DNA from: an uncultured Clostridia bacterium
Lineage (GTDB): Bacteria > Bacillota > Clostridia > Lachnospirales > Anaerotignaceae
Direction of reading: 5' to 3'
Length of the DNA: 64,000 nt
Assembly (NCBI GenBank): GCA_944383885.1
Contig: CALWRF010000017.1
Span: forward strand, 4,441-68,440
The stretch's first letter is position 1; every line of letters starts with the position of its first letter. The translations under genes and the position numbers were made by a program. Shown here piece after piece: positions 27,937 through 37,493 of this stretch. The notes under the pieces were generated by a model. That model ran no database searches and was not told where the DNA came from. It saw only the letters and a program-made list of their open reading frames with translations.

Positions 27937-28281
27937 ATGGATATTGATAAAGGACTTTTAGGCGGAAGCACTGTTTTAATGCTTTTATCTCTTATAGAGC
28001 AAAAGGACTGCTACGGATATGAAATAATTAAAGAGCTTAAAGAAAAAAGCGAAAATGTTTTTGAATTTAAAGAAGGAACGCTTTATCCTGTTCTGCACAA
28101 AATGGAAAATGCCGGGCTTTTAAAGTCATATCGGAAAGAAGCGGAAAACGGAAAAACAAGAAAGTATTATTCAATTACTTCTTTAGGTGTAAAAAAACTT
28201 TCAGAAGAAAAAAAGCAGTGGGAGGTGTTCTCTCTTTCGGTTAACAAAGTGATTGGGGGTAAAAGCCATGCCTTTGCCTGA
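27937..28281 (+). CDS. PadR family transcriptional regulator
   Basis: 114 aa. The winged-HTH signature is LLSLIEQKDCYGYEIIKELKEKS...FEFKEGTLYPVLHKMENAGLL...RKYYSITSLG. Confidence 0.88.
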   Translation: MDIDKGLLGGSTVLMLLSLIEQKDCYGYEIIKELKEKSENVFEFKEGTLYPVLHKMENAGLLKSYRKEAENGKTRKYYSITSLGVKKLSEEKKQWEVFSLSVNKVIGGKSHAFA

Positions 28282-28996
28282 AAAAACACTGTGGGAGGAA
28301 TATTTAAACAAAGTAATAAGCCATGTAAAATTCAAATACGACCGCAAAGAAATAAAATGGGAGATAGAAGAACACATGGAAGATATGTATAATGATTTTA
28401 TTTCTGAAGGAATGAACGGGAAAGAGGCGGAAAAAGCCGTTATTGCCTGTATGGGAGATGCTGATGAAATAGGGAAAAAACTTAATGAGGCACATAACAG
28501 TATTTTGGGAAATGTTTGGAGAATTTCAAGAATTATAGCCATAATTCTTATACTTTTAAGCATTCTGCCTGTTTTTGTAACGTGTTTAACAGTAATTTTT
28601 TCTATATTCAGCAGTTACAGCTATTCATACGATAAAAGTCAGATTATTTCGCGCATTGAAGTAAATCAAACAGAAAAAATAGATGATATGTATTTAAAGC
28701 TTGAAGAAGCCATACTGTATAATAACGGCTGTGTTGAGCTGCATTATAAAACTTGGTATCAGCCGTTTTCAAGCAGTGTGCGCTGGTCATTTGACATAAA
28801 TTCCAACTATATTACAGATGATTTGGGTACTGAGTATATTGGTTCAAGCGGTTCAAGCTCTGCCGGCATAATATCAAAACACAGCACGGTTATAGAAGGA
28901 TTTCCAAAAGAAGCCGCAATGCTTATTATAGATTATAATTACTGCGGCAGGAAAATGTATTTTGAAGTGCCTTTGAGAGAAGGTGGCAATGTTTGA
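28268..28996 (+). CDS. PadR-associated membrane protein (DUF1700-like N-terminal helical domain, one TM region, extracytoplasmic beta-rich domain)
   Basis: The ATG at 28268 overlaps the padR stop by 14 nt. The N-terminus (EEYLNKVISHV...EIEEHMEDMYNDFISEGMNGKEAEKAVIACMGDADEIGKKL) resembles the helical module usually encoded after PadR genes. A hydrophobic stretch (IIAIILILLSILPVFVTCLTVIFSIF) follows. Confidence 0.65.
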   Translation: MPLPEKTLWEEYLNKVISHVKFKYDRKEIKWEIEEHMEDMYNDFISEGMNGKEAEKAVIACMGDADEIGKKLNEAHNSILGNVWRISRIIAIILILLSILPVFVTCLTVIFSIFSSYSYSYDKSQIISRIEVNQTEKIDDMYLKLEEAILYNNGCVELHYKTWYQPFSSSVRWSFDINSNYITDDLGTEYIGSSGSSSAGIISKHSTVIEGFPKEAAMLIIDYNYCGRKMYFEVPLREGGNV

Positions 28997-29559
28997 GCAG
29001 GAAAAAGGAAACAATAATATTTATAGTTATAATACTTGTACTTGGCTTTTGGCGCTTTGGCGGCGGACAGCAGATTTATTTTTCCCCTGAAAAAGTAATG
29101 TATGCCTGTGAAAAAGGTCTGCACTATGGTCCTTCTGAAAAAATACTACTTAAAAAACAAATTGGAAACAGAGCCATTGTAATTGGAAAACTTGATGACG
29201 GATTATCTGTTGTTCACTCAAAACGTTCTCTTTTGGGTATGTGGAAGTTGGGAGAAGGCTCTGTTACAGGGTATTGGAAAATAACTGATAATTCAGAAGC
29301 GGCGTATGCTCCAAAATTCAGCCTTATTTACGGAGCTGTAAAAAATAAAGATATTAAAACAATAGAAACAGCGGCGGCAAAAGTAAAAGACGGAAAACTG
29401 GAAATACTGGATAAAGTAAAGTGTGATGTAGATGATGACGGGTTCTTTTATGCCGATACAGGAGATTTTTATTCAGAAGGAGAAAATATTTTTTTCAGAA
29501 TAGCCTATATTTACGGGTTTGACGAAAACGGTGCTTTGATTTATAGTTATGAATACTGA
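28993..29559 (+). CDS. Membrane-anchored hypothetical protein, 188 aa
   Basis: The TTG start overlaps the upstream TGA (TTTGA). The N-terminus carries a signal-anchor (TIIFIVIILVLGFW). No family was recognised. Confidence 0.55.
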   Translation: MSRKKETIIFIVIILVLGFWRFGGGQQIYFSPEKVMYACEKGLHYGPSEKILLKKQIGNRAIVIGKLDDGLSVVHSKRSLLGMWKLGEGSVTGYWKITDNSEAAYAPKFSLIYGAVKNKDIKTIETAAAKVKDGKLEILDKVKCDVDDDGFFYADTGDFYSEGENIFFRIAYIYGFDENGALIYSYEY

Positions 29560-29583
29560 TATAAAAATTTCGGAGATGATATT

Positions 29584-30720
29584 TTGAAAGAGCCTTTATC
29601 TTTATACATTCACATTCCGTTTTGTGTTAAAAAATGCCTGTACTGCGATTTTCCGTCATACAGCGGTTTGGAAAGCATACACAGCGAATATGTTAAAAAA
29701 CTTTGCAGTGAAATAAAAGAAGGTGCATACGTTTACAGCGGATACGACATAAAATCCGTGTTTATAGGCGGCGGAACGCCTACTGTTTTAAGCAGCCATG
29801 ATTTGGGTTTAATTATGGATACTGTATTAAACAAATATGATGTAAGCAGCAATGCGGAAATTACTTGCGAGGCTAATCCGGGAACTCTTGACTTTAAAAA
29901 GCTAAATGAAATGCGTTATATGGAAATTAACCGTTTAAGTATGGGTGTTCAGGCATGGCAGGACGATATTTTAAAATCACTTGGAAGGATACACAACAGA
30001 GAAACTTTTGTAAATGACGTCGCCATGGCGAAAGACGCCGGATTTAAAAATATAAATTGTGATTTAATGTTTTCTCTTCCCGGTCAGACAATGGATGACT
30101 GGCAGGAAACATTGGAAAAAGTAACAGATTTGAATATTCAGCACATATCAGCTTACAGTCTTATTATAGAAGAAGGAACGCCTTTTTATGATATGCAGAA
30201 AAGCGGTGTTTTTAATGCTGTTGATGATGAGACAGACAGAAAAATGTATTCTCTGGCAAAAGAAATATTAAGCGACAGGGGGTATGGTCAATATGAAATA
30301 AGCAATTTCGCAAAGAAAGGATTTGAGAGCTACCATAACAGTGTTTATTGGAAAACAATGGAGTACGCAGGTTTTGGCTTAGGTGCACATTCATACTTTA
30401 ATTCTAAGAGATATCACAATACTTATGATATTGAGAAGTATTTAAAGTGCCAAAAATTTGACGACATAAATGAAGAAACAGAAATCCTTACTGAAAATGA
30501 TAAAATAAGCGAGTTTATGTTTATGGGGCTTAGAATGACTGAGGGAATAAGCGAAAAAGAGTTTGAAAGACGTTTTAAAAAATCAATAGACAGTATTTTT
30601 AAAAAGCAGTTATATGAACTTATTAATGAAAAGCTTATTATAAGGGAAAAAGGACGGATTTACCTTACGGATTACGGGACTGACATAAGCAATTTTGTTT
30701 TTGAGAAATTTTTGATTTAA
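29584..30720 (+). CDS. hemW: Radical SAM heme chaperone HemW (HemN-like)
   Basis: 378 aa. It has the CxxxCxxC motif (CVKKCLYCDF), GGGTP, and a HemN_C-like C-terminus. It occupies the conserved position upstream of hrcA. Confidence 0.9.
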   Translation: MKEPLSLYIHIPFCVKKCLYCDFPSYSGLESIHSEYVKKLCSEIKEGAYVYSGYDIKSVFIGGGTPTVLSSHDLGLIMDTVLNKYDVSSNAEITCEANPGTLDFKKLNEMRYMEINRLSMGVQAWQDDILKSLGRIHNRETFVNDVAMAKDAGFKNINCDLMFSLPGQTMDDWQETLEKVTDLNIQHISAYSLIIEEGTPFYDMQKSGVFNAVDDETDRKMYSLAKEILSDRGYGQYEISNFAKKGFESYHNSVYWKTMEYAGFGLGAHSYFNSKRYHNTYDIEKYLKCQKFDDINEETEILTENDKISEFMFMGLRMTEGISEKEFERRFKKSIDSIFKKQLYELINEKLIIREKGRIYLTDYGTDISNFVFEKFLI

Positions 30721-30783
30721 TTTGGTTCAAAAGGTTTATTTTTTAAAAACAGGAGTATAATTATATAATGAAGCAAATAAATG

Positions 30784-30823
30784 CCGGCGCAGATGTTCAA
30801 AAAATGTGCCGGTATTATGTTTT
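30784..30823 (+). terminator. Probable hemW terminator hairpin
   Basis: CCGGCGCA (30784-30791) pairs with TGTGCCGG (30805-30812) with one G.U pair, followed by the T-rich tract TATTATGTTTT. Confidence 0.45.
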
Positions 30824-30867
30824 AAAAATAATTTGTAAAAAAATAATAAAAAAATTAAAAAATATAC

Positions 30868-30896
30868 TTGACACTTTGGAAGATAGGTGTTATCTT
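30868..30896 (+). promoter_or_regulatory. SigA-type promoter of the hrcA-grpE-dnaK-dnaJ operon
   Basis: TTGACA (30868-30873), a 17 nt spacer, then TATCTT (30891-30896). The CIRCE element lies immediately downstream. Confidence 0.55.
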
Positions 30897-30907
30897 ATAA
30901 GCATGAA

Positions 30908-30934
30908 TTAGCACTCGATTAAGGTGAGTGCTAA
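30908..30934. promoter_or_regulatory. CIRCE operator (HrcA binding site)
   Basis: An exact match to the consensus TTAGCACTC-N9-GAGTGCTAA: TTAGCACTC gattaaggt GAGTGCTAA. Confidence 0.95.
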
Positions 30935-30953
30935 CAGAAAGGAAGATGCTGGG

Positions 30954-32003
30954 ATGGCACTTGATGAAAGAAAACTTAAAATCCTTCAGGCGATTATCAC
31001 AGACTATATCGCTACGGCGGAGCCTGTAGGCTCAAGGACCATAGCCAAAAAATATGACCTCGGCATCAGCTCTGCAACTATAAGAAATGAAATGAGCGAC
31101 CTTGAGGAAATGGGCTTTATTATTCAGCCTCATGCTTCAAGCGGCAGGATACCGTCGGATTTGGGATACAGGCTTTATGTTGATAAAATACTGCGGCGGC
31201 AAAAGCTTGGAGAGGAAGATAAAAAAATTGTTAACACAATGATTAACCGCAATGTTAATCAAATACAATATCTTATGGATGAAACCGCAAGGCTTATTTC
31301 CAAAATGACTAACTACACGGCTATATTTTCTGACCCTGTAGTTAAAAATACTAAGATTAACAAAATAAGGTTTATGTCCCTTAATGATACAGACCTTATG
31401 ATTATATTAGCCGCAGAAGGCAATGTAATTAGAAACAAAATAGTTTCGGTTAACTATATGCCGGATGAATATAAGCTTTATGAGCTTTCAACTGTAGTTA
31501 CTGACTTAATGCATGGAGTAATAATAGAAAACATCGGTCAGGACATTATAGATGAGCTTTACAGCAAACTTAATGGTTATGACGAGATTGCTTCATTAAT
31601 AATGGGTTTTATTGATGAGCTTTCCAAATCATCCGGAATGGGAAAACTTCATTTCAGCGGTACAAATAATATACTGGCTTTTCCTGAGTTCAGCGATGTT
31701 GAAAAAGCTAAGTCGTTATTTAAAACACTTGAAAAAACAGATTCTCTTACAAACTTACTTTCAGATAACAAAAGCGGAGACTTAAAGATATATATAGGAA
31801 ACGAAACAGGCATTGAGGAAATGAAGGACTGTAGCATTGTAACTACAACTTATGAGTTTGGCGACAATATTACAGGCACGATAGGAATTTTAGGTCCAAC
31901 AAGAATGGACTATTCTCAGGTGGTTTCAGTTTTAAGCTCCATGGTTGAAAATATTGAGGGTGTTTTAAACAACCTTGAGGACAAGAAAAAAGATGATTCC
32001 TGA
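30954..32003 (+). CDS. hrcA: Heat-inducible transcription repressor HrcA
   Basis: The N-terminus is MALDERKLKILQAIITDYIATAEPVGSRTIAKKY. The ATG at 30954 follows AAAGGAAG by 8 nt. The track's GTG at 30924 lies inside CIRCE and was rejected. Confidence 0.93.
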   Translation: MALDERKLKILQAIITDYIATAEPVGSRTIAKKYDLGISSATIRNEMSDLEEMGFIIQPHASSGRIPSDLGYRLYVDKILRRQKLGEEDKKIVNTMINRNVNQIQYLMDETARLISKMTNYTAIFSDPVVKNTKINKIRFMSLNDTDLMIILAAEGNVIRNKIVSVNYMPDEYKLYELSTVVTDLMHGVIIENIGQDIIDELYSKLNGYDEIASLIMGFIDELSKSSGMGKLHFSGTNNILAFPEFSDVEKAKSLFKTLEKTDSLTNLLSDNKSGDLKIYIGNETGIEEMKDCSIVTTTYEFGDNITGTIGILGPTRMDYSQVVSVLSSMVENIEGVLNNLEDKKKDDS

Positions 32004-32026
32004 AATTGCAAGAAAGGAAAATGAAA

Positions 32027-32599
32027 ATGGAAGAAAACAAAGAAAAAGAATTAGAGGAAGAAGTTATAAACGAGTCTGTAAATGAGGCTGTAGACAATTC
32101 CGTTGAGCCTTGCGGCGATGAATCTTCAAATGATGAAGTTAAAGAAGATAAAGAGCTTGCGGATGCTAAAGCTAAAGCAGATGAATATCTTGATAAATAT
32201 CAAAGATTAATGGCTGAGTTTTATAACTTCCGTGAAAGAACAAGCAAGGAAAAAGCCGCTATGTACGATGACGGCGTGAGGGACACAGTAGAAAAAATAC
32301 TCCCTGTAGTTGACAACCTTGAACGCGCTGTTGCCGCACAAAAAAATAAAAGCGATGAAGATGAAAGCTTTACAAAAGGTGTTGATATGATACTTAAACA
32401 GTTTAAAGAAACACTTAAAGCTTTAGGTGTTGAAGAAATACCAGCTATAGGCGAAAAATTTAACCCTCAGCTCCACTCGGCTGTAAGCCATATTGAAGAT
32501 GAGAACTTTGAAGAAAATACAGTGTCAATAGAAATGCTTAAAGGTTACACCCATAAAGGCAAAGTTATAAGACACAGTATGGTTCAGGTTGCAAACTAA
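32027..32599 (+). CDS. grpE: Nucleotide exchange factor GrpE
   Basis: An acidic N-terminus, a coiled coil (YLDKYQRLMAEFYNFRERT) and a C-terminal beta domain (GYTHKGKVIRHSMVQV). The start is ambiguous among 32006 (TTG), 32021 and 32027 (ATG); 32027 has the best SD spacing. Confidence 0.9.
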   Translation: MEENKEKELEEEVINESVNEAVDNSVEPCGDESSNDEVKEDKELADAKAKADEYLDKYQRLMAEFYNFRERTSKEKAAMYDDGVRDTVEKILPVVDNLERAVAAQKNKSDEDESFTKGVDMILKQFKETLKALGVEEIPAIGEKFNPQLHSAVSHIEDENFEENTVSIEMLKGYTHKGKVIRHSMVQVAN

Positions 32600-32650
32600 G
32601 TTTTATTTGATTATATATTTTAATTTTGAATTAATTAGGAGGAATATATT

Positions 32651-34489
32651 ATGGGAAAAGTAATAGGAATTGACCTTGGAACAACTAACTCTTGTGTAGC
32701 AGTAATGGAAGGCGGACAGCCTGTTGTTATAGTAAACTCTGACGGAGCAAGAACAACTCCTTCAGTTGTTGGTTTTTCAAAGACAGGCGAAAGGCTTATT
32801 GGTGAAGCCGCTAAAAGACAGGCAATAACAAACCCTGACAACACTATAAGCTCAATTAAGCGCCACATGGGTGAAAGCTATAAAGTAACAATTGAAGGCA
32901 AGAGCTATTCTCCTCAGGAGATTTCAGCTATGATACTTCAGAAACTTAAAGCAGATGCTGAAAGTTATCTTGGCGAGAAAGTTACAGAGGCTGTTATAAC
33001 AGTACCTGCTTACTTCTCGGACTCACAAAGACAGGCAACAAAGGATGCCGGCAAAATTGCTGGTCTTGATGTAAAACGTATTATCAACGAGCCTACGGCA
33101 GCTGCCCTTGCTTATGGTCTTGATAACGGCACAGAACAGAAAATAATGGTTTACGATTTAGGCGGCGGCACATTCGATGTTTCGGTTATAGAAATTGGTG
33201 ACGGCGTTATAGAGGTTCTTGCTACAAGCGGAGATACACACCTGGGCGGTGATGACTTTGACCAGAGAATAATGGATTACCTTGTTTCTGAATTCAAAAA
33301 GACAGAAGGCATGGACTTAAAGAATGATAAAATGGCTATGCAGAGGATTAAAGAAGCCGCAGAAAAAGCTAAAAAAGACCTTTCAACAGTAACAACTACA
33401 AACATCAACCTTCCTTTCATTACAATGAATCAGGACGGACCTAAACATCTTGACATAACTCTTACAAGAGCTAAATTTGATGAACTTACAGCGGACCTTG
33501 TTGACAGAACAATGGGTCCTGTTAATACAGCTTTAAATGACGCCGGACTTAAAGCCAGCGACCTTGATAAAGTTCTTCTTGTAGGCGGTTCAACAAGAAT
33601 TGTAGCTGTTCAGGAAGCTGTTAAGAAAATAACAGGTAAAGACCCATTTAAAGGCATTAACCCTGATGAGTGCGTTGCAATTGGTGCGGCTATTCAGGGC
33701 GGCAAGATTTCAGGCGATTCAAGCGCAAGCGACATTATGCTTCTTGATGTTACACCGCTTTCTCTTTCAATTGAAACTCTTGGCGGCGTAGCTACTAAGA
33801 TTGTTGAGAAAAACACTGCAATACCTACAACTAAGAAACAGATTTTCTCAACTGCAGAAGATAATCAGTCAGCTGTTGATATCCGTGTTGTACAGGGCGA
33901 AAGACCTCTTGCAAAGGACAACAAGGAACTTGGTATGTTCAGGCTTGATGGTATTGCACCGGCAAGAAGAGGCGTTCCGCAGATTGAAGTTACATTTGAT
34001 ATTGATGCCAACGGTATTGTTCATGTTTCAGCTAAAGACCTTGGTACAGGCAAAGAGCAGTCAATAACAATTACAGCAAGCACAAACCTCAGTGAAGAGG
34101 AAATTGACAAGGCTGTTAGAGAGGCTGAGCAGTTTGCTGAAGCCGATAAAAAACGTAAAGAGGCAATCGATGCTAAAAACGGCGCTGATTCAATTATATT
34201 CCAGACAGAAAAAACTCTTTCTGAGCTTGAAGGTAAGATTGATGATTCTGAAAAGAGCGAAATTGAGGCTGAACTTAACAAACTTAAAGACCTTGTTAAA
34301 GATATGAAAGTAGAAGATATGACTGAAACAGATGTAGCAAACATTAAATCAGCTACAGATGAACTTACACAGAAATTCTACAAGATTTCCGAAAAACTTT
34401 ATCAGCAGAACGCACAGGCAAATGGTGCCGACGGCACAGCTCAGGGCGGCAGCGATGATGTAGTTGACGGAAACGCTAAGGAAATCTAA
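32651..34489 (+). CDS. dnaK: Molecular chaperone DnaK (Hsp70)
   Basis: 612 aa with the Hsp70 signatures [17 protein letters not shown] and [14 protein letters not shown]. An AGGAGGA SD is present. Confidence 0.98.
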   Translation: MGKVIGIDLGTTNSCVAVMEGGQPVVIVNSDGARTTPSVVGFSKTGERLIGEAAKRQAITNPDNTISSIKRHMGESYKVTIEGKSYSPQEISAMILQKLKADAESYLGEKVTEAVITVPAYFSDSQRQATKDAGKIAGLDVKRIINEPTAAALAYGLDNGTEQKIMVYDLGGGTFDVSVIEIGDGVIEVLATSGDTHLGGDDFDQRIMDYLVSEFKKTEGMDLKNDKMAMQRIKEAAEKAKKDLSTVTTTNINLPFITMNQDGPKHLDITLTRAKFDELTADLVDRTMGPVNTALNDAGLKASDLDKVLLVGGSTRIVAVQEAVKKITGKDPFKGINPDECVAIGAAIQGGKISGDSSASDIMLLDVTPLSLSIETLGGVATKIVEKNTAIPTTKKQIFSTAEDNQSAVDIRVVQGERPLAKDNKELGMFRLDGIAPARRGVPQIEVTFDIDANGIVHVSAKDLGTGKEQSITITASTNLSEEEIDKAVREAEQFAEADKKRKEAIDAKNGADSIIFQTEKTLSELEGKIDDSEKSEIEAELNKLKDLVKDMKVEDMTETDVANIKSATDELTQKFYKISEKLYQQNAQANGADGTAQGGSDDVVDGNAKEI

Positions 34490-34505
34490 TTTTGCAAAAC
34501 AATAT

Positions 34506-34535
34506 AAGGGCAGGGATTTTCTTCCTGCCCTTTAT
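34506..34535 (+). terminator. Hairpin between dnaK and dnaJ (partial terminator or processing site)
   Basis: GGGCAGG (34508-34514) pairs with CCTGCCC (34524-34530), followed by TTTAT. Confidence 0.5.
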
Positions 34536-34593
34536 GATGTTAAAAGTTGGTTATTGTGAAAGCTTCGGCTTTTTAAACAGGCGGTGAGTTAAA

Positions 34594-35757
34594 TTGGCAG
34601 ATAAAAGAGATTATTATGAGGTACTTGGTATTGACAAGAATGCCTCTGAAAGTGAAATAAAACGTGCATACAGAAAAATGGCTAAAAAATATCACCCTGA
34701 TAACAACCCGGGGGATAAAAAAGCCGAAGAAATGATGAAAGAAGTAAATGAAGCCTATGAAGTGCTTTCAAACCCTGAAAAGAAATCTGCTTACGACCAG
34801 TTTGGTCATGCGGCTTTTGAGCAGGGCGGCGGAGCTGGAGCTGGTGGTTTTGGCGGCTTTGGCGGATTCGGCGGCTTTGGCTCAGGCGGAATGGAATTTG
34901 ACATGGGCGATATATTCGGCAGTATGTTCGGCGGTGGATTCGGCGGACGCTCAGCAAAGAGAAACGGTCCTCAGAGAGGCAGCGATGTTTCGGTAAGCAT
35001 CCAGATTTCATTTGAAGAAGCTATATTCGGCACAAAGAAGGAAATTCAGATAAATGTAACTGATAAATGTGATACATGCGGCGGAAGCGGCGCTAAACCT
35101 GGCACCGGCACGGAAACATGCCGCAAATGTAATGGTACAGGACAGGAAAGAGTTGTTCAGAATTCTATATTCGGTCAAATGGCAACTATCAGGACATGTT
35201 CAGCTTGTCATGGTACAGGTAAGGTTATAAAAGACCCTTGCGGTGTATGCCATGGTACAGGCACAGTAAGAAAATCAAAGAAGTTTGAAGTTAACATACC
35301 TAAAGGTATAGATAATGGTCAGACAATACGTCTTGCCGGAAAAGGCGAAGCCGGTACAAACGGCGGCGGCTACGGCGATTTGATGGTTACGGTTTATGTA
35401 CGTCCTGACAGCTATTTTGTAAGAAAAGGCATGGATATTTACTGTGATGTTCCTATTACATTTGTCCAGGCTATACTTGGCGATGAAATAACAGTTAGAA
35501 CAATATACGGCGAGCAGAAGCTTACAATTAAGCCTGGTACCCAGCCGGATACAATAGCTACAATTAGGGGCGCCGGAGTGCCTAATCTTAGAAATGCCAA
35601 CCAGAAAGGCAATCAGATTATGACGCTTAAAGTTAAGATACCTACTGATGTAACTCCAAAGCAGAAGGAACTTTTAAAAAGTTTTTACGGAGGTTCCGGT
35701 TCAGAGAAAAAAGAGGGATTCTTTGATAAATTGAAAAAAGACTTTAAAGGCGAGTAA
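34594..35757 (+). CDS. dnaJ: Molecular chaperone DnaJ
   Basis: It has a J domain (DYYEVLGI...KKYHPDNNPGD), a G/F-rich linker and four CxxCxGxG zinc-finger repeats. The start is TTG. Confidence 0.96.
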   Translation: MADKRDYYEVLGIDKNASESEIKRAYRKMAKKYHPDNNPGDKKAEEMMKEVNEAYEVLSNPEKKSAYDQFGHAAFEQGGGAGAGGFGGFGGFGGFGSGGMEFDMGDIFGSMFGGGFGGRSAKRNGPQRGSDVSVSIQISFEEAIFGTKKEIQINVTDKCDTCGGSGAKPGTGTETCRKCNGTGQERVVQNSIFGQMATIRTCSACHGTGKVIKDPCGVCHGTGTVRKSKKFEVNIPKGIDNGQTIRLAGKGEAGTNGGGYGDLMVTVYVRPDSYFVRKGMDIYCDVPITFVQAILGDEITVRTIYGEQKLTIKPGTQPDTIATIRGAGVPNLRNANQKGNQIMTLKVKIPTDVTPKQKELLKSFYGGSGSEKKEGFFDKLKKDFKGE

Positions 35758-35785
35758 TTATAAATATTTATAATTGAGTTTTATT

Positions 35786-35824
35786 CAGACCGGCATTGTT
35801 TAAAATAGTGCCGGTTTGATTTTA
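35786..35824 (+). terminator. Intrinsic terminator of the dnaK operon
   Basis: ACCGGCA (35789-35795) pairs with TGCCGGT (35809-35815), followed by a T-rich tract. Confidence 0.7.
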
Positions 35825-35871
35825 TAAAAAGTAAAAAATTCTAAAAAACAGAAAAAACAATAAAATAATTA

Positions 35872-35900
35872 TTGACTTATGTTTTTTGTTCTGATATACT
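35872..35900 (+). promoter_or_regulatory. SigA-type promoter of infC-rpmI-rplT
   Basis: TTGACT (35872-35877), a 17 nt spacer, then TATACT (35895-35900). Confidence 0.6.
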
Positions 35901-35906
35901 ACTTTA

Positions 35907-36028
35907 GGTAACAAAGTAGAGCATCCGCTTCTCACCTTACGGCAAAAGGTCAGTAAGGTTAATACATTTTCCTTTTTATTGGATTTTTGTGTATGCGCAA
36001 GTGGATAGTCTCTATCCACTTTTTTTAT
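35907..36028 (+). promoter_or_regulatory. Leader/attenuator of the infC operon (L20-leader-like), ending in an intrinsic terminator
   Basis: An untranslated leader of about 120 nt lies between the promoter and the infC SD. It ends in GTGGATAG-tct-CTATCCAC plus T7 (36001-36027). The arrangement matches the L20-controlled attenuator known in Firmicutes. The class was not verified by covariance model. Confidence 0.5.
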
Positions 36029-36050
36029 TGATTTTAGGAGGTGCTGAGCT

Positions 36051-36557
36051 ATTATTGAGTTAATGATAAACGAGCAAATTAGAGACAAGGAAGTTCGTCT
36101 TATAGACCAGGAAGGCAATCAGGTTGGTATTGTATCATCAAAGGAAGCGCAGAAGTTAGCAGATGAGGCTAAGCTTGACTTAGTTAAAATAGCGCCTAAT
36201 GCAAAACCGCCGGTGTGCCGTATAATGGATTACGGAAAGTACCGTTTTGATATGGCTAAGAAAGAAAAAGAAGCCAAGAAAAAACAAAAGGTTATTGATA
36301 TTAAAGAATTGCGCTTGTCTCCGAATATCGACACTCATGATGTTCAGGTTAAGGTTAAAAAGGCTATAGAGTTTCTTAAAGACGGCGACAAAGTAAAAGT
36401 CAGCATTAGATTCAGAGGCCGTGAGATTGGTCATTCAAAAACAGCCGTTACTATACTTGAGGATTTCGCATCCCAGATTTCGGAATTTGGTGTTGTTGAC
36501 AAAGCACCTAAAATGGAAGCGAAAAGCCTTGTCATGTTCCTTGCTCCTAAAGCATGA
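36051..36557 (+). CDS. infC: Translation initiation factor IF-3, probable non-canonical ATT start
   Basis: The conserved IF-3 sequence is present (EVRLIDQEGNQ...KPPVCRIMDYGKYRF). AGGAGGTG (36036-36043) lies 7 nt before ATT at 36051. An in-frame TGA at 36045 limits the extension. The first ATG (36063) is 19 nt from the SD. Confidence 0.9.
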   Translation: MIELMINEQIRDKEVRLIDQEGNQVGIVSSKEAQKLADEAKLDLVKIAPNAKPPVCRIMDYGKYRFDMAKKEKEAKKKQKVIDIKELRLSPNIDTHDVQVKVKKAIEFLKDGDKVKVSIRFRGREIGHSKTAVTILEDFASQISEFGVVDKAPKMEAKSLVMFLAPKA

Positions 36558-36598
36558 TATAAGATTTTAGTTGTTGTTTATATAAGGAGGAAATTACA

Positions 36599-36799
36599 AT
36601 GCCTAAGTTAAAAACAAAAAAAGCAGTTTCTAAACGTTTTAAAGTTACAGGTTCAGGTCAGCTTAAAAGACATAAAGCTAACACTCAGCATATTCTTGGT
36701 AAAAAATCAACTAAGAGAAAGAGAAATTTAAGAAAAGCAACTTTAACAGATGCTACAGTTCTTACAAGCTACAAAAAGAAATTATTACCTTACGCTTAA
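36599..36799 (+). CDS. rpmI: 50S ribosomal protein L35
   Basis: 66 aa starting [27 protein letters not shown]. An AAGGAGGA SD is present. Confidence 0.96.
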   Translation: MPKLKTKKAVSKRFKVTGSGQLKRHKANTQHILGKKSTKRKRNLRKATLTDATVLTSYKKKLLPYA

Positions 36800-36829
36800 T
36801 TACCGGGAATTGATAGGAGGAGTTATATA

Positions 36830-37186
36830 ATGGCAAGAGTAAAAGGTGCGCTTAACGCAAGAAAAAGACATAAAAAAGTTCTTAAACTGGCTAAAGGTTA
36901 TCGTGGTGCCAGATCAAAACAGTATAGAGTAGCTAAACAGTCCGTAATGAAAGCTTTGGCTTATTCTTTCGCAGGCAGAAAACAGACTAAGAGAGAATAC
37001 AGAAGCCTTTGGATTACAAGAATTAACGCTGCAGCAAGAGCCAACAGTATTTCTTACAGCCAGCTTATGCACGGCTTAAAGCTTGCGGGTATCAATGTAA
37101 ACAGAAAAATGCTTGCTGACCTCGCTGTAAGCGATGCAGCCGGCTTTACAAAGCTTGTTGATGCCGCAAAAGCAAAATTAAACTAA
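36830..37186 (+). CDS. rplT: 50S ribosomal protein L20
   Basis: 118 aa starting [40 protein letters not shown] is present. Confidence 0.97.
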   Translation: MARVKGALNARKRHKKVLKLAKGYRGARSKQYRVAKQSVMKALAYSFAGRKQTKREYRSLWITRINAAARANSISYSQLMHGLKLAGINVNRKMLADLAVSDAAGFTKLVDAAKAKLN

Positions 37187-37223
37187 TTGTTGTTCGAGTA
37201 TATTAGATTAGGAGGAAATACAA

Positions 37224-37484
37224 GTGGCAAACATTAAATCCGCAAAAAAGAGAGTAAAAGTTATCGCTAAAAAAGCGTTAAGAAATAAAATGGTTAAATC
37301 AAGCACAAAAACAGCTATTAAAAAAGTAATGGTGGCTGTAGAGGCTAAAGACAAAGCTGCTGCTCAGGCTGCTCTTACACCAGCTATATCAGCTATTGAT
37401 AAAGCTTACACAAAGGGCATTTTCCACAAAAATGCAGCTGCAAGAAAGAAATCAAGCCTTACAAGACTTGTAAACGGACTTTAA
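37224..37484 (+). CDS. rpsT: 30S ribosomal protein S20
   Basis: 86 aa starting MANIKSAKKRVKVIAKKALRNK, with a GTG start after TAGGAGGA. Confidence 0.95.
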   Translation: MANIKSAKKRVKVIAKKALRNKMVKSSTKTAIKKVMVAVEAKDKAAAQAALTPAISAIDKAYTKGIFHKNAAARKKSSLTRLVNGL

Positions 37485-37493
37485 TTGTAACTT

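Noticed and set aside
30768-30911. A 47-codon ORF (MKQINAGADVQKMCRYYVLK...) between hemW and hrcA.
   Set aside because: It runs through the hemW terminator hairpin, the hrcA promoter and into CIRCE. Its SD spacing of 12 nt is poor, and its lysine/isoleucine-rich tail reflects AT-rich promoter DNA.
30924-30953. N-terminal extensions proposed by the ORF track: hrcA from GTG 30924, topB from 45931, rsfS from 22017, nadD from 20795, metA from 49287, fba to 55419, the cytidylate-kinase-like gene to 53694, and radA from 6221.
   Set aside because: In every case a downstream ATG, TTG or GTG has a proper SD at 6-10 nt and matches the conserved family N-terminus. The hrcA extension would start inside the CIRCE operator, and the rsfS extension overlaps yqeK.
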